From the NCBI GenBank assembly GCA_038207335.1, contig JBBQZX010000003.1:32001-96000 (forward strand): a stretch of 64,000 nucleotides of DNA. The letters are read 5' to 3'. Shown here in pieces: positions 32,711 through 43,569 of this stretch; the first letter of the stretch is position 1, and each line of letters begins with the position of its first letter. The stretch comes from Chthoniobacterales bacterium. Lineage in GTDB: Bacteria; Verrucomicrobiota; Verrucomicrobiia; Chthoniobacterales; Chthoniobacteraceae. Position numbers and translations under genes: made by a program. The notes under the pieces were generated by a model, which was given only the letters and a program-made list of their open reading frames with translations, did not search any database and was not told the DNA's origin.

Positions 32711-35527
32711 ATGATGATGCCAACAAATGCAGTGCTGGATGAAAAGCGGCGGCTGGATGCGTTGCGGAATTACCGCGTGCTGGATACGCCGCGGGAGCGG
32801 GCGCTGGATGATCTGACGACGCTGGCGGCGACGATCTGCGAGACGCCGATTGCGCTGATCTCGCTGGTGGATGAGAAGCGGCAGTGGTTCAAGGCGACGG
32901 TCGGGCTGGAGATCGCGGAGACCTCGCGGGAGCTGTCCTTTTGCGCGTATGCGCTGGAGGAGACGGAGATGATGATCGTGCCGGATGCGGCGTTGGATGC
33001 GCGCTTCGCGAGGAATGCGCTGGTGACGGGTGAGCCGCATATCCGCTTCTATGCGGGCGCGCCGCTGGTGAGCCCGGAGGGGGCGATGTTGGGGACGTTG
33101 TGCGTGATCGACCGTGAGCGGCGGGTGCTGACTTTTAGCCAGGTGCAGACGCTGCTGATTTTGGCCCGGCAGGTGATGACGCATCTGGACCTGGGGAGGC
33201 AACTGCTGGAGCTGAAGGCCAGCGAAGCGAACATGGCGGAAGGGCAGCGGATCGCGCATCTGGGGAGTTGGGTGCTGGACCTGACGGAGAAGGACGACCT
33301 CTACGCGAATGCGGTGCAATGGTCGGACGAGATGTATCGGATCGCGGGCTACGAGCCGGGAACGGTGAAGGTGAGCAATGAGTTTTTCTTTAGCCTGGTG
33401 CCACCGGAAGAACACCAGGCGATCCGGCAGGCGGTGGATGATACGGTGCGCGAGCGGCGCCCGTATTCGATCGTGCATCGGCTGATCCGGCCAGATGGCG
33501 AGATGCGTACGGTGCAAGAGACGGCCCAACTTTTCCTGGATGAGCGGACGGGCGAACTGCTGAGGATGGTGGGAACGGCGCACGACATCACGGGGCGGCA
33601 GCAGGCGGCGGAGGCGCTGCGGATGAGCGATGAGAAATACCACGGGCTCTTTGAGGGAACGCGGGACGCGATCATGACGATGGAGCCGCCGTCGTGGAAA
33701 TTTGCCTCTGCGAATCCGGCTGCGGTGAAGATGTTCGGGGCAAAGAGCGAGGAGGAACTCATTACCTACGGGCCCGGGCTCCTGTCGCCCGCCTTCCAAC
33801 CGGACGGACGCGCCTCGCAGGGGAGAATCAGGGAGATCATTGGGGAGGTGATGGCGGACAGCTCCGCTTTCTTTGAGTGGACCTACTGCCGGATCGACGG
33901 GGAGGAATTTCTCACTGACATGCTTTTGACGCACGTGGAGCAAGGGGGGGGGGGGATGATCCATGCCACGGTGCGCGACATCACCGAGCGGAAGCGCGCG
34001 GAGGCGAAGATCCGTGAGCAGGCGGCGCTGCTGGACGAGGCGCGCGATGCGATCTGCGTGAACGACCTCGATCAGCGTATCCTTTTTTGGAACAAGAGCG
34101 CCGAACGCCTCTACGGCTGGTCGGCGAGCGAGGCGCTCGGACAAGACGCCAACGAACTGCTCGGGCAGGGAGAGGTGGCGCTCGCCGCGCTGAAGACGCT
34201 CATTCAGCGGGATGAGTGGCGGGGCGAATTGGAACAGACGACCCGCGAGGGGCGGCAGCTCGTCGTCGAGAGCCGCTGGACGCTGATCCGCGAGGCGGAC
34301 GGGGCACCCAAGTCGATCCTCGTCATCAACACGGACATCACGGAGAAGAAAGCGATGGAGGCGCAGTTCTTTCGCTCGCAGCGGATGGAGAGCATCGGGA
34401 CGCTGGCCGGCGGCATCGCGCACGACCTGAACAACGCGCTCGGGCCGATCATCTTGTCGCTGGACCTGCTGAGGATGAAGTTTCCCGATCACGCCAGCCA
34501 AGAGTTGCTGGCGATCGTTGACGCCAGCGCGCAGCGCGGGGCAGACATGGTGCGGCAGGTCCTCTCCTTTGCCCGCGGAGTCGAAGGCCGACGGATGAAT
34601 GTGCAGGTTAAGCACCTGATCCGCGAAATCGAAAAGACTGCGCACGACACTTTCCCGAAAAACATCCAAGTGCGGACGATCATCTCGCCCGACCTCTGGA
34701 CGGTCCTGGGCGATCCCACACAACTCCACCAAGTGCTGCTCAATCTCTGCGTGAACGCGCGGGATGCGATGCCGCAGGGTGGTGCCCTCACTCTTTCCGC
34801 CGAAAACATCCTCTTCGACGCGCACTACGCGGGCCTGAGCTGGAATGCCGAAGCCCGGCCCGGCCCGTACGTTCTCATCCAAGTCGTGGACACCGGCACC
34901 GGGATGCCTCCGGAGACGATCGAGAAGATTTTTGATCCGTTTTTCACGACGAAGGACCTAGGCAAAGGCACCGGCCTGGGCCTCTCGACTTCCCTCGCCA
35001 TCCTCAAGAGTCATGGCGGGTTCATCCGGGTTTATAGCGAGATGGAGAAAGGCACGAAGTTCTGCGCCTACCTCCCCGCCCAGACCGAGTCATCTCCAGA
35101 AGTCGCTGCGCAACTGGCCGCAGAAATGCCGCGGGGCAACGGAGAACTCATTCTCGTGGTGGATGATGAAGCCGCCGTGCGCCAGATCACGCAGCAGACG
35201 CTGGAGGCCTTCGGCTACTGCGTCGTCCTCGCCGCGGACGGCGCGGATGCCGTCGCGATTTATGCTCAGCAGGGGCCGGAGATCGCCGCAGTCCTCACGG
35301 ATATGATGATGCCGATCATGGACGGCCCGGCGAGCATCCAGGTGCTGCGCCGGATGAATCCGGATGTGCAGATCATCGGCGTCAGCGGACTGGCCGTCAG
35401 CGTTGGCTCCGACGACGGCAACGTCGAGCGCGCGGCGAGCCTCGGGATCAAACATTTTCTACCGAAGCCCTACACGGCGGAGACTCTCCTGCAGGTCTTG
35501 AAACAGGTCCTCGAAACAAAGGTCTAA
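32711..35527 (+). CDS. GAF + multi-PAS hybrid histidine kinase with receiver
   Basis: GAF ([27 protein letters not shown]); three [21 protein letters not shown]. The ORF extension to 31544 is an antisense shadow of alaS. Confidence 0.93.
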   Translation: MMMPTNAVLDEKRRLDALRNYRVLDTPRERALDDLTTLAATICETPIALISLVDEKRQWFKATVGLEIAETSRELSFCAYALEETEMMIVPDAALDARFARNALVTGEPHIRFYAGAPLVSPEGAMLGTLCVIDRERRVLTFSQVQTLLILARQVMTHLDLGRQLLELKASEANMAEGQRIAHLGSWVLDLTEKDDLYANAVQWSDEMYRIAGYEPGTVKVSNEFFFSLVPPEEHQAIRQAVDDTVRERRPYSIVHRLIRPDGEMRTVQETAQLFLDERTGELLRMVGTAHDITGRQQAAEALRMSDEKYHGLFEGTRDAIMTMEPPSWKFASANPAAVKMFGAKSEEELITYGPGLLSPAFQPDGRASQGRIREIIGEVMADSSAFFEWTYCRIDGEEFLTDMLLTHVEQGGGGMIHATVRDITERKRAEAKIREQAALLDEARDAICVNDLDQRILFWNKSAERLYGWSASEALGQDANELLGQGEVALAALKTLIQRDEWRGELEQTTREGRQLVVESRWTLIREADGAPKSILVINTDITEKKAMEAQFFRSQRMESIGTLAGGIAHDLNNALGPIILSLDLLRMKFPDHASQELLAIVDASAQRGADMVRQVLSFARGVEGRRMNVQVKHLIREIEKTAHDTFPKNIQVRTIISPDLWTVLGDPTQLHQVLLNLCVNARDAMPQGGALTLSAENILFDAHYAGLSWNAEARPGPYVLIQVVDTGTGMPPETIEKIFDPFFTTKDLGKGTGLGLSTSLAILKSHGGFIRVYSEMEKGTKFCAYLPAQTESSPEVAAQLAAEMPRGNGELILVVDDEAAVRQITQQTLEAFGYCVVLAADGADAVAIYAQQGPEIAAVLTDMMMPIMDGPASIQVLRRMNPDVQIIGVSGLAVSVGSDDGNVERAASLGIKHFLPKPYTAETLLQVLKQVLETKV

Positions 35528-35609
35528 CGTCCGCCTGAGAGTCAGCAGGCGCGCGCTAAAGAATGTTCTCGGTTGCGGATTACTAGGGTTCGCAAATACT
35601 CCTCTCTCC

Positions 35610-37361
35610 ATGCCCGCTCCCTCTCTCGAATTACCGCGCCCGGTGCCGACGCAGAAATACCGTCAGCCAAAGAAGAATATCCCGCAGACGGTGGTGGAGC
35701 GGCAATTCATCCTGGCGAAGTGCCGGGAGTATGTGGCGGAGCACAAGCCGGTGCCGCCGCAGCCGCAGGCGGAGCTGAAAGTTCACGCGGATGTGCTGGT
35801 GGCGCAGCTCGGGCTGGACCCGATCTATCGGGATTTCGTGGGCGTGCTTTTAAATAATGAGATGTGGCGCGAGCAGCTCGCCGGGGTGCCTTTCGAGCGG
35901 AGGCTGCTGCTGCTGCCGAAGTGTCTGCGGGTGGAGAGCAAGTGCCCGGCGCCGTTCGATGAATTTGGCCTGCTGTGCAAGCAGTGTGGGCTGTGCTCGA
36001 TCCAGGATTTGCAGGCGGAGGCGGAGCGGCTGGGGTATGCGGTGCTTGTGGCGGAAGGGTCGGCGATCGTGATGTCGCTGATCCAGACGGGGAAGATCGA
36101 GGCGATCGTGGGGGTGTCGTGCATCTCGGTGCTGGAGCGGGCTTTTCCCTACATGGAGGCGGCGGCGATCCCGGGCGTGGCGGTGCCGCTGCTGCAGGAT
36201 GATTGCATCGATACGACGGTGGATCTGGACTGGATCTGGGATTACATCCACCTCACGAGCGACGATCAGACGCGGCGGATGGATCTGAGCGCGTCGCGGG
36301 ACGAGGTGGACTTTTGGTTCACGCCACTGAATCTCGACGCGATCATGGGGCCGGCCGAGGGGGCGACGGAGAAGATCGGGCGCGAGTGGCTGTGCCGCGC
36401 GGGGAAGCGGTGGCGGCCGTTCCTGACGGTGTCGGCTTACCAGGCGCTGCGGGCCACGCCGGGGGCGCCGCTGCCGGAGGATATCCGCAAGGTGGCGGTG
36501 GCGGTGGAGTGTTTCCACAAGGCGTCGCTGATCCACGACGACATCGAGGACGGGGACGCGGCGCGCTATGGGGAAAAGACGCTGCACGAGGAGCACGGGG
36601 TGGCCGTCGCGCTGAATGTCGGCGACCTGCTCATCGGCGAAGGCTACCGGCTGCTGGCCTCGTGCCGCGCTACTGCGGAGCAGAAGACCGAGATGCTGCG
36701 CGTGGCGGCGGAGGGTCAGCGGGAGCTCTGCCGCGGGCAGGGCGCGGAGCTGGTCTGGGCGCGCAATCCCGCGCCGCTCACGTCGCTGGAGGTCATCGAC
36801 ATTTTCAAGAAGAAGACTGCGCCGGCATTCTCGGTGGCGCTGAAGCTCGGGGCGATTTACGCGGGGCAACTCGAAGACGTGGAGGAAGTCCTGAGCTCCT
36901 ACAGCGAGGCGCTCGGCATCGCGTATCAAATCCGCGACGACCTCTCCGATCTCGGCGAGAGCGGCGAGACGAATGACATCGCCGGGCTCCGCCCGAGCCT
37001 CGTGCTGGCGACCGCCTACGAGCGCGCGGCCAATGAATCCCGCGGCACCGCCACGCTCGCGCCGACCCGCGAGCAGCAGCGCATCGCGCTGGAATCCCAC
37101 TGGCGCCGCCTTTCCACAGCGACCCCCGCGGAGATCGAGACAATCTTCCTCGACCTCGCTGCCGACGAGCGCTGCCGCGATCTACTGGAGCGTTACAAGG
37201 AGGAGGCGATCCGCACGCTGCGCGACGTGGAAAATGCGAACCTCAAGGGGCTCCTGCGCCGCGTGATCGGGAAGATTTTCAACGACACGGAGATCAAGGG
37301 CTGGTGCAAGGAATTCGAGGAGAAGAACCTCGCCGCCCCGCTCAAGCTCGCCGCGCTGTAG
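35610..37361 (+). CDS. DUF116-like Cys-rich domain fused to a polyprenyl diphosphate synthase
   Basis: LLLPKCLR..CPA..CKQCGLC..AEG..GVSC; GKRWRP, HDDIED (FARM), GQ, KT, QIRDDLSD (SARM). Confidence 0.88.
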   Translation: MPAPSLELPRPVPTQKYRQPKKNIPQTVVERQFILAKCREYVAEHKPVPPQPQAELKVHADVLVAQLGLDPIYRDFVGVLLNNEMWREQLAGVPFERRLLLLPKCLRVESKCPAPFDEFGLLCKQCGLCSIQDLQAEAERLGYAVLVAEGSAIVMSLIQTGKIEAIVGVSCISVLERAFPYMEAAAIPGVAVPLLQDDCIDTTVDLDWIWDYIHLTSDDQTRRMDLSASRDEVDFWFTPLNLDAIMGPAEGATEKIGREWLCRAGKRWRPFLTVSAYQALRATPGAPLPEDIRKVAVAVECFHKASLIHDDIEDGDAARYGEKTLHEEHGVAVALNVGDLLIGEGYRLLASCRATAEQKTEMLRVAAEGQRELCRGQGAELVWARNPAPLTSLEVIDIFKKKTAPAFSVALKLGAIYAGQLEDVEEVLSSYSEALGIAYQIRDDLSDLGESGETNDIAGLRPSLVLATAYERAANESRGTATLAPTREQQRIALESHWRRLSTATPAEIETIFLDLAADERCRDLLERYKEEAIRTLRDVENANLKGLLRRVIGKIFNDTEIKGWCKEFEEKNLAAPLKLAAL

Positions 37362-37436
37362 CGCACACCGCCAGAGAGACCGGCTGGCACGAAAGCCTTT
37401 GCCGGATGGCGTCGGTCTGATTTATTTCCGCCCCCC

Positions 37437-38726
37437 ATGCGTAAAATCACATTCGCCGCCATCGCCCTCGCAACCCTGTGCGCAAGCGGCTTCGCAGAGA
37501 CCGTCATCTTGAAGAGCGGCGAGAAGATCGACGGCAAGATCACAGGTGAGACGGACACGGAGATCACGATGGACGTGAAGGTTTCCGCCGGCATCACCGA
37601 CGTGCGCACGGTGCCGAAAAGCGACGTGGCGAAAGTCGAAAAGGAGCTGCTCGACGAAACCGCATGGCTGCCGCTGAAGGCGCTCGCGGTCGGTGCGAAC
37701 TCGCTGCCGTCTGGCGCTTACGACACGAACATCAAGCTGCTGAAAGCATTCGTCGCGGTGTATCCCGAGAGCTCGCATGTGGCCGATGCGAAGAAGGCGC
37801 TCGCGGCTTTCGAGGAAGAGAAAAAGCGCGTCGATGACGGAGATGTGAAGCTCGCCGGTGCGTGGATTTCAAAGGAGGAAGTCGCGCGGGAAAAGTATCA
37901 GATCAACGCGACGCTGGCGTTCAACTACATGAAGGACCAGAGCACGCGCGGCGAGCTCGTGCCGGCGCTGATTACCTTCGACGCTATCGAGGCGAATTTT
38001 CCTGGCGCGCGGATTTTCCCCGATGCCGTCGATCTTGCCCGCCGCATTATCGCAGCACTCGGCACCGAGGTGAATCGGCGGCAGCAACTCCTCAAGACGG
38101 AACTCGCCGACCGCGAGGCAGGCCTAAAGATCGCCTCCGACGCGAACCGCGCGCAAATCCTCGCCGCCGTAAAATCTGAGAACGCATCCGCCGAAGCAGC
38201 GATCGCCGCCGCGCAGAAGCTGCAGCAGAAGTGGCCGCCATTCATCCCGCACTACGAGCAAAGCCTGACCTCGATCGCGCAGAAAATCCCCAGCGAAACG
38301 CAGCGCCTCGCCACGATCGAGGTTGGCAAAGAGCGCGAATCACTCAAGCTCACGGACGCGGCGAAGGAGTCCCTTTCCAAAAAAGAATACACCCAAGCCG
38401 AGGAATCGCTGAGCAAAGCGAAGGAACTCTGGGGCGCCAACGAACTTGCCACGCGCCTGCAAACCGAGGTCGGCGAAAAGAAATCGATCGCAGCCACGGC
38501 TCCCGCCGAGGTGCCCGCACCGATGCCGGAGGCCAAGCCCGAGTCGAAACCGATGGTCGCCGCAGCGACCGAAGAAGAGCCGATCCCGATGCAGTCCGAA
38601 GATGGCCGTCCATTTTTACTGACTATCGGCGGTGCGATCACCGTGGTGATTGTGCTGATCGCCATCGCCGCGGCGGTCACCGTGTATCGCAAGATCAAAG
38701 GCAAGGCCAACGACATCCTCGAATGA
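37437..38726 (+). CDS. Exported helical protein with C-terminal transmembrane anchor
   Basis: Signal peptide; 'VILKSGEKIDGKI' N-domain; C-terminal TM helix; ATGA overlap with hisB. Confidence 0.75.
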   Translation: MRKITFAAIALATLCASGFAETVILKSGEKIDGKITGETDTEITMDVKVSAGITDVRTVPKSDVAKVEKELLDETAWLPLKALAVGANSLPSGAYDTNIKLLKAFVAVYPESSHVADAKKALAAFEEEKKRVDDGDVKLAGAWISKEEVAREKYQINATLAFNYMKDQSTRGELVPALITFDAIEANFPGARIFPDAVDLARRIIAALGTEVNRRQQLLKTELADREAGLKIASDANRAQILAAVKSENASAEAAIAAAQKLQQKWPPFIPHYEQSLTSIAQKIPSETQRLATIEVGKERESLKLTDAAKESLSKKEYTQAEESLSKAKELWGANELATRLQTEVGEKKSIAATAPAEVPAPMPEAKPESKPMVAAATEEEPIPMQSEDGRPFLLTIGGAITVVIVLIAIAAAVTVYRKIKGKANDILE

Positions 38727-39313
38727 GCAACCGCAGCGCACACATCGACCGCAAAACGCACGAGACGAAGATAGCCGTCGAACTGGCGATCGACGGAAGC
38801 GGCGAGAGCACGATCGTGACGAAGATTCCGTTCTTCGACCACATGCTCACGCTCTTCGCGCGGCACAGCCTCGTCGATCTCGAGGTGCGCGCCGATGGCG
38901 ACATCGAGGTCGATTTTCACCACACCGTCGAGGACACCGGCATCGCGCTCGGTCAGGCATTTGCCAGCGCGCTCGGCGACAAACGCGGCATCCGCCGCTA
39001 CGGCCACGCATACGTCCCGATGGATGAGACGCTCGTCCGCGCAGTCATCGATTTCAGCGGACGCCCGTTCCTCGAATATCGCGCACCGCAAAGTGTCGGC
39101 GCGATCGGTGGTTTCCCGTTCCAGCTCGTGGAGGAATTTCTGCGCGGCTTCGCGGTCCACGCCGGCGTGAATTTGCACATCGAAATCCTCTACGGCCGCG
39201 ACGCGCACCACATGGCCGAGGCCGTCTTCAAGGGCCTCGCAAAAGCCGTCGATGCCGCCTGCCAGCTAGATCCGCGGGTTGAGGGAGTGCCGAGCACGAA
39301 GGGGAGTTTATAG
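38723..39313 (+). CDS. hisB: Imidazoleglycerol-phosphate dehydratase
   Basis: RKTHET, FFDHML, DFHHTVED, PMDE, HHMAEAVFK, PSTKG. Confidence 0.97.
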   Translation: MSNRSAHIDRKTHETKIAVELAIDGSGESTIVTKIPFFDHMLTLFARHSLVDLEVRADGDIEVDFHHTVEDTGIALGQAFASALGDKRGIRRYGHAYVPMDETLVRAVIDFSGRPFLEYRAPQSVGAIGGFPFQLVEEFLRGFAVHAGVNLHIEILYGRDAHHMAEAVFKGLAKAVDAACQLDPRVEGVPSTKGSL

Positions 39314-39365
39314 TTGAGCGATGAGAGTTGAGAGTGGCGGAATCGCGCCGCTCCGACTCTTAACT
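39313..39365. repeat. Heptamer-repeat palindromic intergenic element (copy 1)
   Basis: gttgagc-gatgaga-gttgaga-gt ... actcttaact inverted arm around a ggcgg/ccgct hairpin. Confidence 0.6.
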
Positions 39366-39372
39366 TTCCAAA

Positions 39373-39984
39373 ATGATCGCCCTCATCGACTACGGCAGCG
39401 GCAATATCCGCAGTGTGCAGAACGCGCTACGGCATGAGGGCGCGGAGGTTGAACTCGTCTCCGATCCCGCGCGACTCGACTCGGCGGCTGCGGTCGTGCT
39501 GCCGGGGGTCGGCGCGTTTGGCGATTGCGTGAATGGCCTGCAAACACGCGGTCTGTGGGAGCCGATGAAGGAGTGGCTCGGCTCGGGCAAGCCGTTCCTC
39601 GGCATCTGCGTCGGATACCAGTTGCTCTTCGACGAGAGCGAGGAAACGCCGGGCATCCGCGGCTTCGGGCATTTCTCCGGGCGGGTGAAAAAGTTCGGCA
39701 CTCCCGGACTCAAAATCCCACAGATCGGTTGGAACAATCTCGAACTCACACAGCCCGCCGATCCGCTCTGGCAAAGCCTTCCCAGAGATCCGTACGTTTA
39801 TTTCGTCCACTCGTATTTCCCTGAGCCGGAGGACGATTCGATTGTCACCTCGCGCGCGACCTACGGTGAGACTTTCGCCGCCAGTGTGGCGCGCGGCAGC
39901 GTCTTCGCGGTGCAGTTTCACCCCGAAAAAAGCCAGGCCGTCGGGCTCGGAATACTGCGCAATTTCATCGCGCTCACGTGCTGA
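39373..39984 (+). CDS. hisH: Imidazole glycerol phosphate synthase glutaminase subunit
   Basis: DYGSGN, LPGVGAF, GICVG, YFVHSY, QFHPEKS. Confidence 0.97.
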   Translation: MIALIDYGSGNIRSVQNALRHEGAEVELVSDPARLDSAAAVVLPGVGAFGDCVNGLQTRGLWEPMKEWLGSGKPFLGICVGYQLLFDESEETPGIRGFGHFSGRVKKFGTPGLKIPQIGWNNLELTQPADPLWQSLPRDPYVYFVHSYFPEPEDDSIVTSRATYGETFAASVARGSVFAVQFHPEKSQAVGLGILRNFIALTC

Positions 39985-40047
39985 TGCGGCGCGCGAATTA
40001 GCGTTACCCGCCGCACGATTTTCCTGAAAGTCGCGGGTTCCCTGACC

Positions 40048-40764
40048 ATGATTCTCCTACCAGCAATCGATCTCATGTCCGGCGAAGTCGTGCGCCTGCG
40101 GCAGGGCAAAGCCGACCAGAAAACCGTCTATTCCAGCGACCCCTCGGCATTTGCGCGCCAGTGGGAAAGCGAGGGCGGCGACTACCTTCACATCGTCGAT
40201 CTCGACGCTGCATTCAGTGGCGAGCAGCGCAATCTTGACTCCGTCCGCGCGATCACCGGCTCGATTAAAATCCCGTGTGAACTCGGGGGAGGAATGCGCG
40301 ATGCAGCAGCAATCGAGCGCGCATTTTCCGCCGGCGTCTCGCGCGTCGTCATCGGCACACGTGCAGCGGAGTCGCTCGATTTTGTCAGTGAAATGGCGCG
40401 TGCTCACGGCAGCGAACGCATCGCCGTCGGCATCGATGCAAAGGACGGAATCGTCTCGGTCAAAGGCTGGACCGAGATGTCCAAGCTGCGCGCGCTCGAC
40501 CTCGCGCGGCGTGCCGAGGATGCCGGCGCGGGCACGATCATTTACACCGACATCGCGACCGACGGGATGATGCAGGGGCCGAATTTTTCCGAGATGGAAA
40601 AGATGCTCGCGGCGTTGAAATGCCAGCTCATCGCGAGCGGCGGCGTCTCCACCGTGCAAGACGTGAAGCGGCTCGGCGAGATGCCGGGGCTCTACGGCTG
40701 CATCATCGGCAAGGCGCTCTACGACAAGGCCATCAGCCTTTCCGACCTCGTCGCGCTCCGTTAA
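40048..40764 (+). CDS. hisA: ProFAR isomerase
   Basis: PAIDL..VVRL.QG, HIVDLD, GGGMR, TDIATDGM, ASGG, GKALY. Confidence 0.97.
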   Translation: MILLPAIDLMSGEVVRLRQGKADQKTVYSSDPSAFARQWESEGGDYLHIVDLDAAFSGEQRNLDSVRAITGSIKIPCELGGGMRDAAAIERAFSAGVSRVVIGTRAAESLDFVSEMARAHGSERIAVGIDAKDGIVSVKGWTEMSKLRALDLARRAEDAGAGTIIYTDIATDGMMQGPNFSEMEKMLAALKCQLIASGGVSTVQDVKRLGEMPGLYGCIIGKALYDKAISLSDLVALR

Positions 40765-40785
40765 AACACGTCTCACTCCACAACC

Positions 40786-41694
40786 ATGCGCATCCTTTTT
40801 CTCGACTGCTCCTCCGGCATCAGCGGCGACATGACCGTCGGCGCGCTCTGCGATCTCGGCGTCAAACCGTCCACGCTCGAATGGGAGTTGGCGAAGCTCG
40901 ACATCGGCGATTTCCACATGCACTTCGAACGCGAAAAGCGGAAGAGCGTGGAGGGGATCAAATTCGGAATCCACGAGGGCTCGACGCATGTGCATGAGGA
41001 GCATTCCCACGCGCATGAGGATGAGCATGAGCACACGCATGAGCACGCCGAGCACCAGCACGGCTCCGAATGCTGCCATTCGCACGCGCCCGAACACACG
41101 CATGCGGACGCGCACGGCGAAGAACATTCACACTCCCACGAGCACGAGCATTGCCACGATCACGACCACGCGCACGGTCGCAGCCACCGCGAAATCCGCG
41201 CCCTTATCGAGGCCAGCGAGCTCTCGCCTTTCGTAAAAAAGCACGCGCTCGGCATCTTCCAGCGCATCGCCGTGGCCGAGGGAAAAATCCACGGCCAGCC
41301 ACCCGAGGACGTCGGTTTTCATGAAGTCGGCGCGCTCGATTCCATCGCCGATATCATCTGCGCGTGCGTCGGGATCGAGGCGCTCGGAGTCGAAAAAGTC
41401 TTCGTCTCCGCGTTGCACGAGGGCCACGGCACGATCGAGTGCGCGCACGGCACGTTCCCGATTCCCGCGCCCGCGACCCTTGAGATTTTGCGTGGCATCC
41501 CACTCGCGCAGATTGACGAGCCGCACGAGCTCATCACGCCGACCGGCGCCGCAATCGCGGCGGAATTCGCCGAGCGCTTCGGCCTCATGCCGCGCATGGC
41601 GATCGAGAAAATCGGATACGGCCTCGGTACGCGCGACCTCGCCTCGCGCCCAAATGTGCTGCGCGCCGTGCTCGGAGATCTCGCGGAGGAATAA
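40786..41694 (+). CDS. larC: Nickel-pincer cofactor nickel insertase LarC, N-terminal part
   Basis: DCSSGISGDM, long His-rich tract, FHEVGALDSIADI, CAHG..PAPAT, TPTGAA, PNVLR. Confidence 0.92.
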   Translation: MRILFLDCSSGISGDMTVGALCDLGVKPSTLEWELAKLDIGDFHMHFEREKRKSVEGIKFGIHEGSTHVHEEHSHAHEDEHEHTHEHAEHQHGSECCHSHAPEHTHADAHGEEHSHSHEHEHCHDHDHAHGRSHREIRALIEASELSPFVKKHALGIFQRIAVAEGKIHGQPPEDVGFHEVGALDSIADIICACVGIEALGVEKVFVSALHEGHGTIECAHGTFPIPAPATLEILRGIPLAQIDEPHELITPTGAAIAAEFAERFGLMPRMAIEKIGYGLGTRDLASRPNVLRAVLGDLAEE

Positions 41695-41698
41695 CGCG

Positions 41699-42166
41699 AT
41701 GCCGGGCGGCTACGAGACCGACACCGTCACGAGGCTCGGCACGAATCTCGACGACCTCTCGCCGGAAATCCTCGGCGCGACGATGGAGAAGCTCTTCGCC
41801 GCGGGCGCGCTCGACGTCTGGTTCACGCCGATCCAGATGAAGAAAAATCGTCCAGGCGTGGAGGTGTCGGTGCTCTGCGAGGAGGAGCGCACGACGGATT
41901 TGGCGGATATCATTTTTCGCGAAACATCCGCGTTCGGCCTGCGCACCGAGCGCATTGTGCGGCTCAAGCTGGAGCGGCGTTTCGAGACGGTCTCCACGAA
42001 ATTCGGCGCGGTGACAGTGAAGCTCGGAATTAAAGACGGAGCGGTCGTGCAGATTGCGCCGGAGTTCGAATCGTGCCGTGCGCGCAGCGCCGAGACTGGC
42101 ACGCCCCTGCGCGAGATTTACGCCGCGGCGATGCGCGCGTTTGCCGCGAAGCATTCGAACGATTAA
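41699..42166 (+). CDS. larC2: LarC C-terminal part (LarC2)
   Basis: TNLDD, GALDV, MKKNRPG, ETSAFGLR, PEFESC; own GGAGG upstream of the ATG. Confidence 0.9.
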   Translation: MPGGYETDTVTRLGTNLDDLSPEILGATMEKLFAAGALDVWFTPIQMKKNRPGVEVSVLCEEERTTDLADIIFRETSAFGLRTERIVRLKLERRFETVSTKFGAVTVKLGIKDGAVVQIAPEFESCRARSAETGTPLREIYAAAMRAFAAKHSND

Positions 42167-42175
42167 AAGCGCGCG

Positions 42176-42910
42176 ATGAACAGCCAATGGGCAGGCCTTA
42201 AATCCGACGCGCGCGAGGCGCTCACGCAGCGAGACTACTCCGCAAAGTCACTGCCGGAGCGGCTCGGCAGCTCAGGCGTCGAGGTCGGCGAACTCGTCGC
42301 CGCCGGCCGTTCGCAGCTCATGGGCGCTTGGATTCCGGGCGTCGAGATTTTCGGCCGGCGCATTTTCCCACAGCGGCATCGCGGGTTTTTCGGTGAGTTC
42401 GCGCGGCAGGAGGATGGGCCGCTCGCGGCGATCGGATTCTGGCCGCGGCAGTGGGCGACGGCGCGGATGTTCGCCGGCACGGGAAAAGGTTTCCACATCC
42501 ACCCCCCGCACATCCCTGAAGGCGAAACGCCCGAGAGTTGGTTCCGACGATTGTTCGCCGACGAGCCCGCGCAATTCTCGCTGCGCCAATACGATCGCGA
42601 ACAGTGGGACGTCATGTTTTTCGTCCAAGGCTGCGTCGAGATGCTGCTCGTCGATGAGCGTGCAGGACTCGAACGGCGTGTCATGCGATTCATCATCGAA
42701 GGTGACGACCACCGCGGGCTTAACAACGCGGGAATCGTGATTCCCGCAGGCGTCGCCCATGCGCTGCGAGTCGAGGGCGCGACCGATGCGATCATGGTCT
42801 ATGGCACCAGCACTGCATTCGAGCCCAACTTTGAGGGCCGTATCGCAGACTCGATCGAGTGCGCCCCGATGCCGCCGGAGTGGCAGCAATATCTCGATCG
42901 ATCGCGCTGA
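42176..42910 (+). CDS. RmlC-like cupin (dTDP-sugar epimerase-like) protein
   Basis: RGFFGE, KGFHIH, Q.D, LVDERAG, IPAGVAHA. Confidence 0.7.
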   Translation: MNSQWAGLKSDAREALTQRDYSAKSLPERLGSSGVEVGELVAAGRSQLMGAWIPGVEIFGRRIFPQRHRGFFGEFARQEDGPLAAIGFWPRQWATARMFAGTGKGFHIHPPHIPEGETPESWFRRLFADEPAQFSLRQYDREQWDVMFFVQGCVEMLLVDERAGLERRVMRFIIEGDDHRGLNNAGIVIPAGVAHALRVEGATDAIMVYGTSTAFEPNFEGRIADSIECAPMPPEWQQYLDRSR

Positions 42911-43569
42911 TGAATGAATCGCCACGCAGCGGGCGCCTCATCGTCGTCGAGGGCATCGACGGTGCGGGCAAAAGCACCATTATCCGGCGGCTTTCGGAGG
43001 AGTGCCGCGAGGGTCGAATCGCGTACGTCGTCAGCCGCGAGCCAACCTCCGGAAAATGGGGTGCGATGCTCCGGGAAACCGCACGCACCGGACGGCTCTC
43101 GCTCGAGATGGAACTCGAGCTTTTCCTTCAAGATCGTGCCGAGCATGTCCTCACGCTCATCGCCCCGGCTCTCGAGGCCGGAAAGATCGTGATCCTCGAC
43201 CGCTACTACTTTTCCACCGCCGCGTATCAGGGTGCGCGCGGTGCCGATCCCGCGGCGATCCTCGCGGCGAATGAAGAATTCGCGCCCGCGCCCGACCTCG
43301 TGTTGCTGCTCGATATCGATCCCATTGCGGGCCGCGCCCGCATCGCCGGGCGAGGGGATGTGCCGGATGATTTCGAGCACGCCGATGCGCTGGCGAAAGT
43401 GCGCGCGATCTTTCTCTCGATCGAACGCCCCTTCATCGCGCGCATCGATGCCTCGCAGCCGCCGGAAACCGTCGAGCGCGAATGCCTCGCGCGCTTCCAT
43501 CAGCTCCTTGAGTCGCCGCCTGAAGCGCGCCTTGATTCAGTTGCTCGTGATAGAAATTTGCTCTCATGA
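42910..43569 (+). CDS. tmk: Thymidylate kinase
   Basis: EGIDGAGKST, REP, LF..DR..H, DRYYFSTAAYQG, PDL. Confidence 0.95.
   Translation: MNESPRSGRLIVVEGIDGAGKSTIIRRLSEECREGRIAYVVSREPTSGKWGAMLRETARTGRLSLEMELELFLQDRAEHVLTLIAPALEAGKIVILDRYYFSTAAYQGARGADPAAILAANEEFAPAPDLVLLLDIDPIAGRARIAGRGDVPDDFEHADALAKVRAIFLSIERPFIARIDASQPPETVERECLARFHQLLESPPEARLDSVARDRNLLS

Noticed and set aside
40985..41190. CAC/GAG-rich repetitive DNA
   Set aside because: Encodes the expected His-rich nickel-binding tract of LarC.
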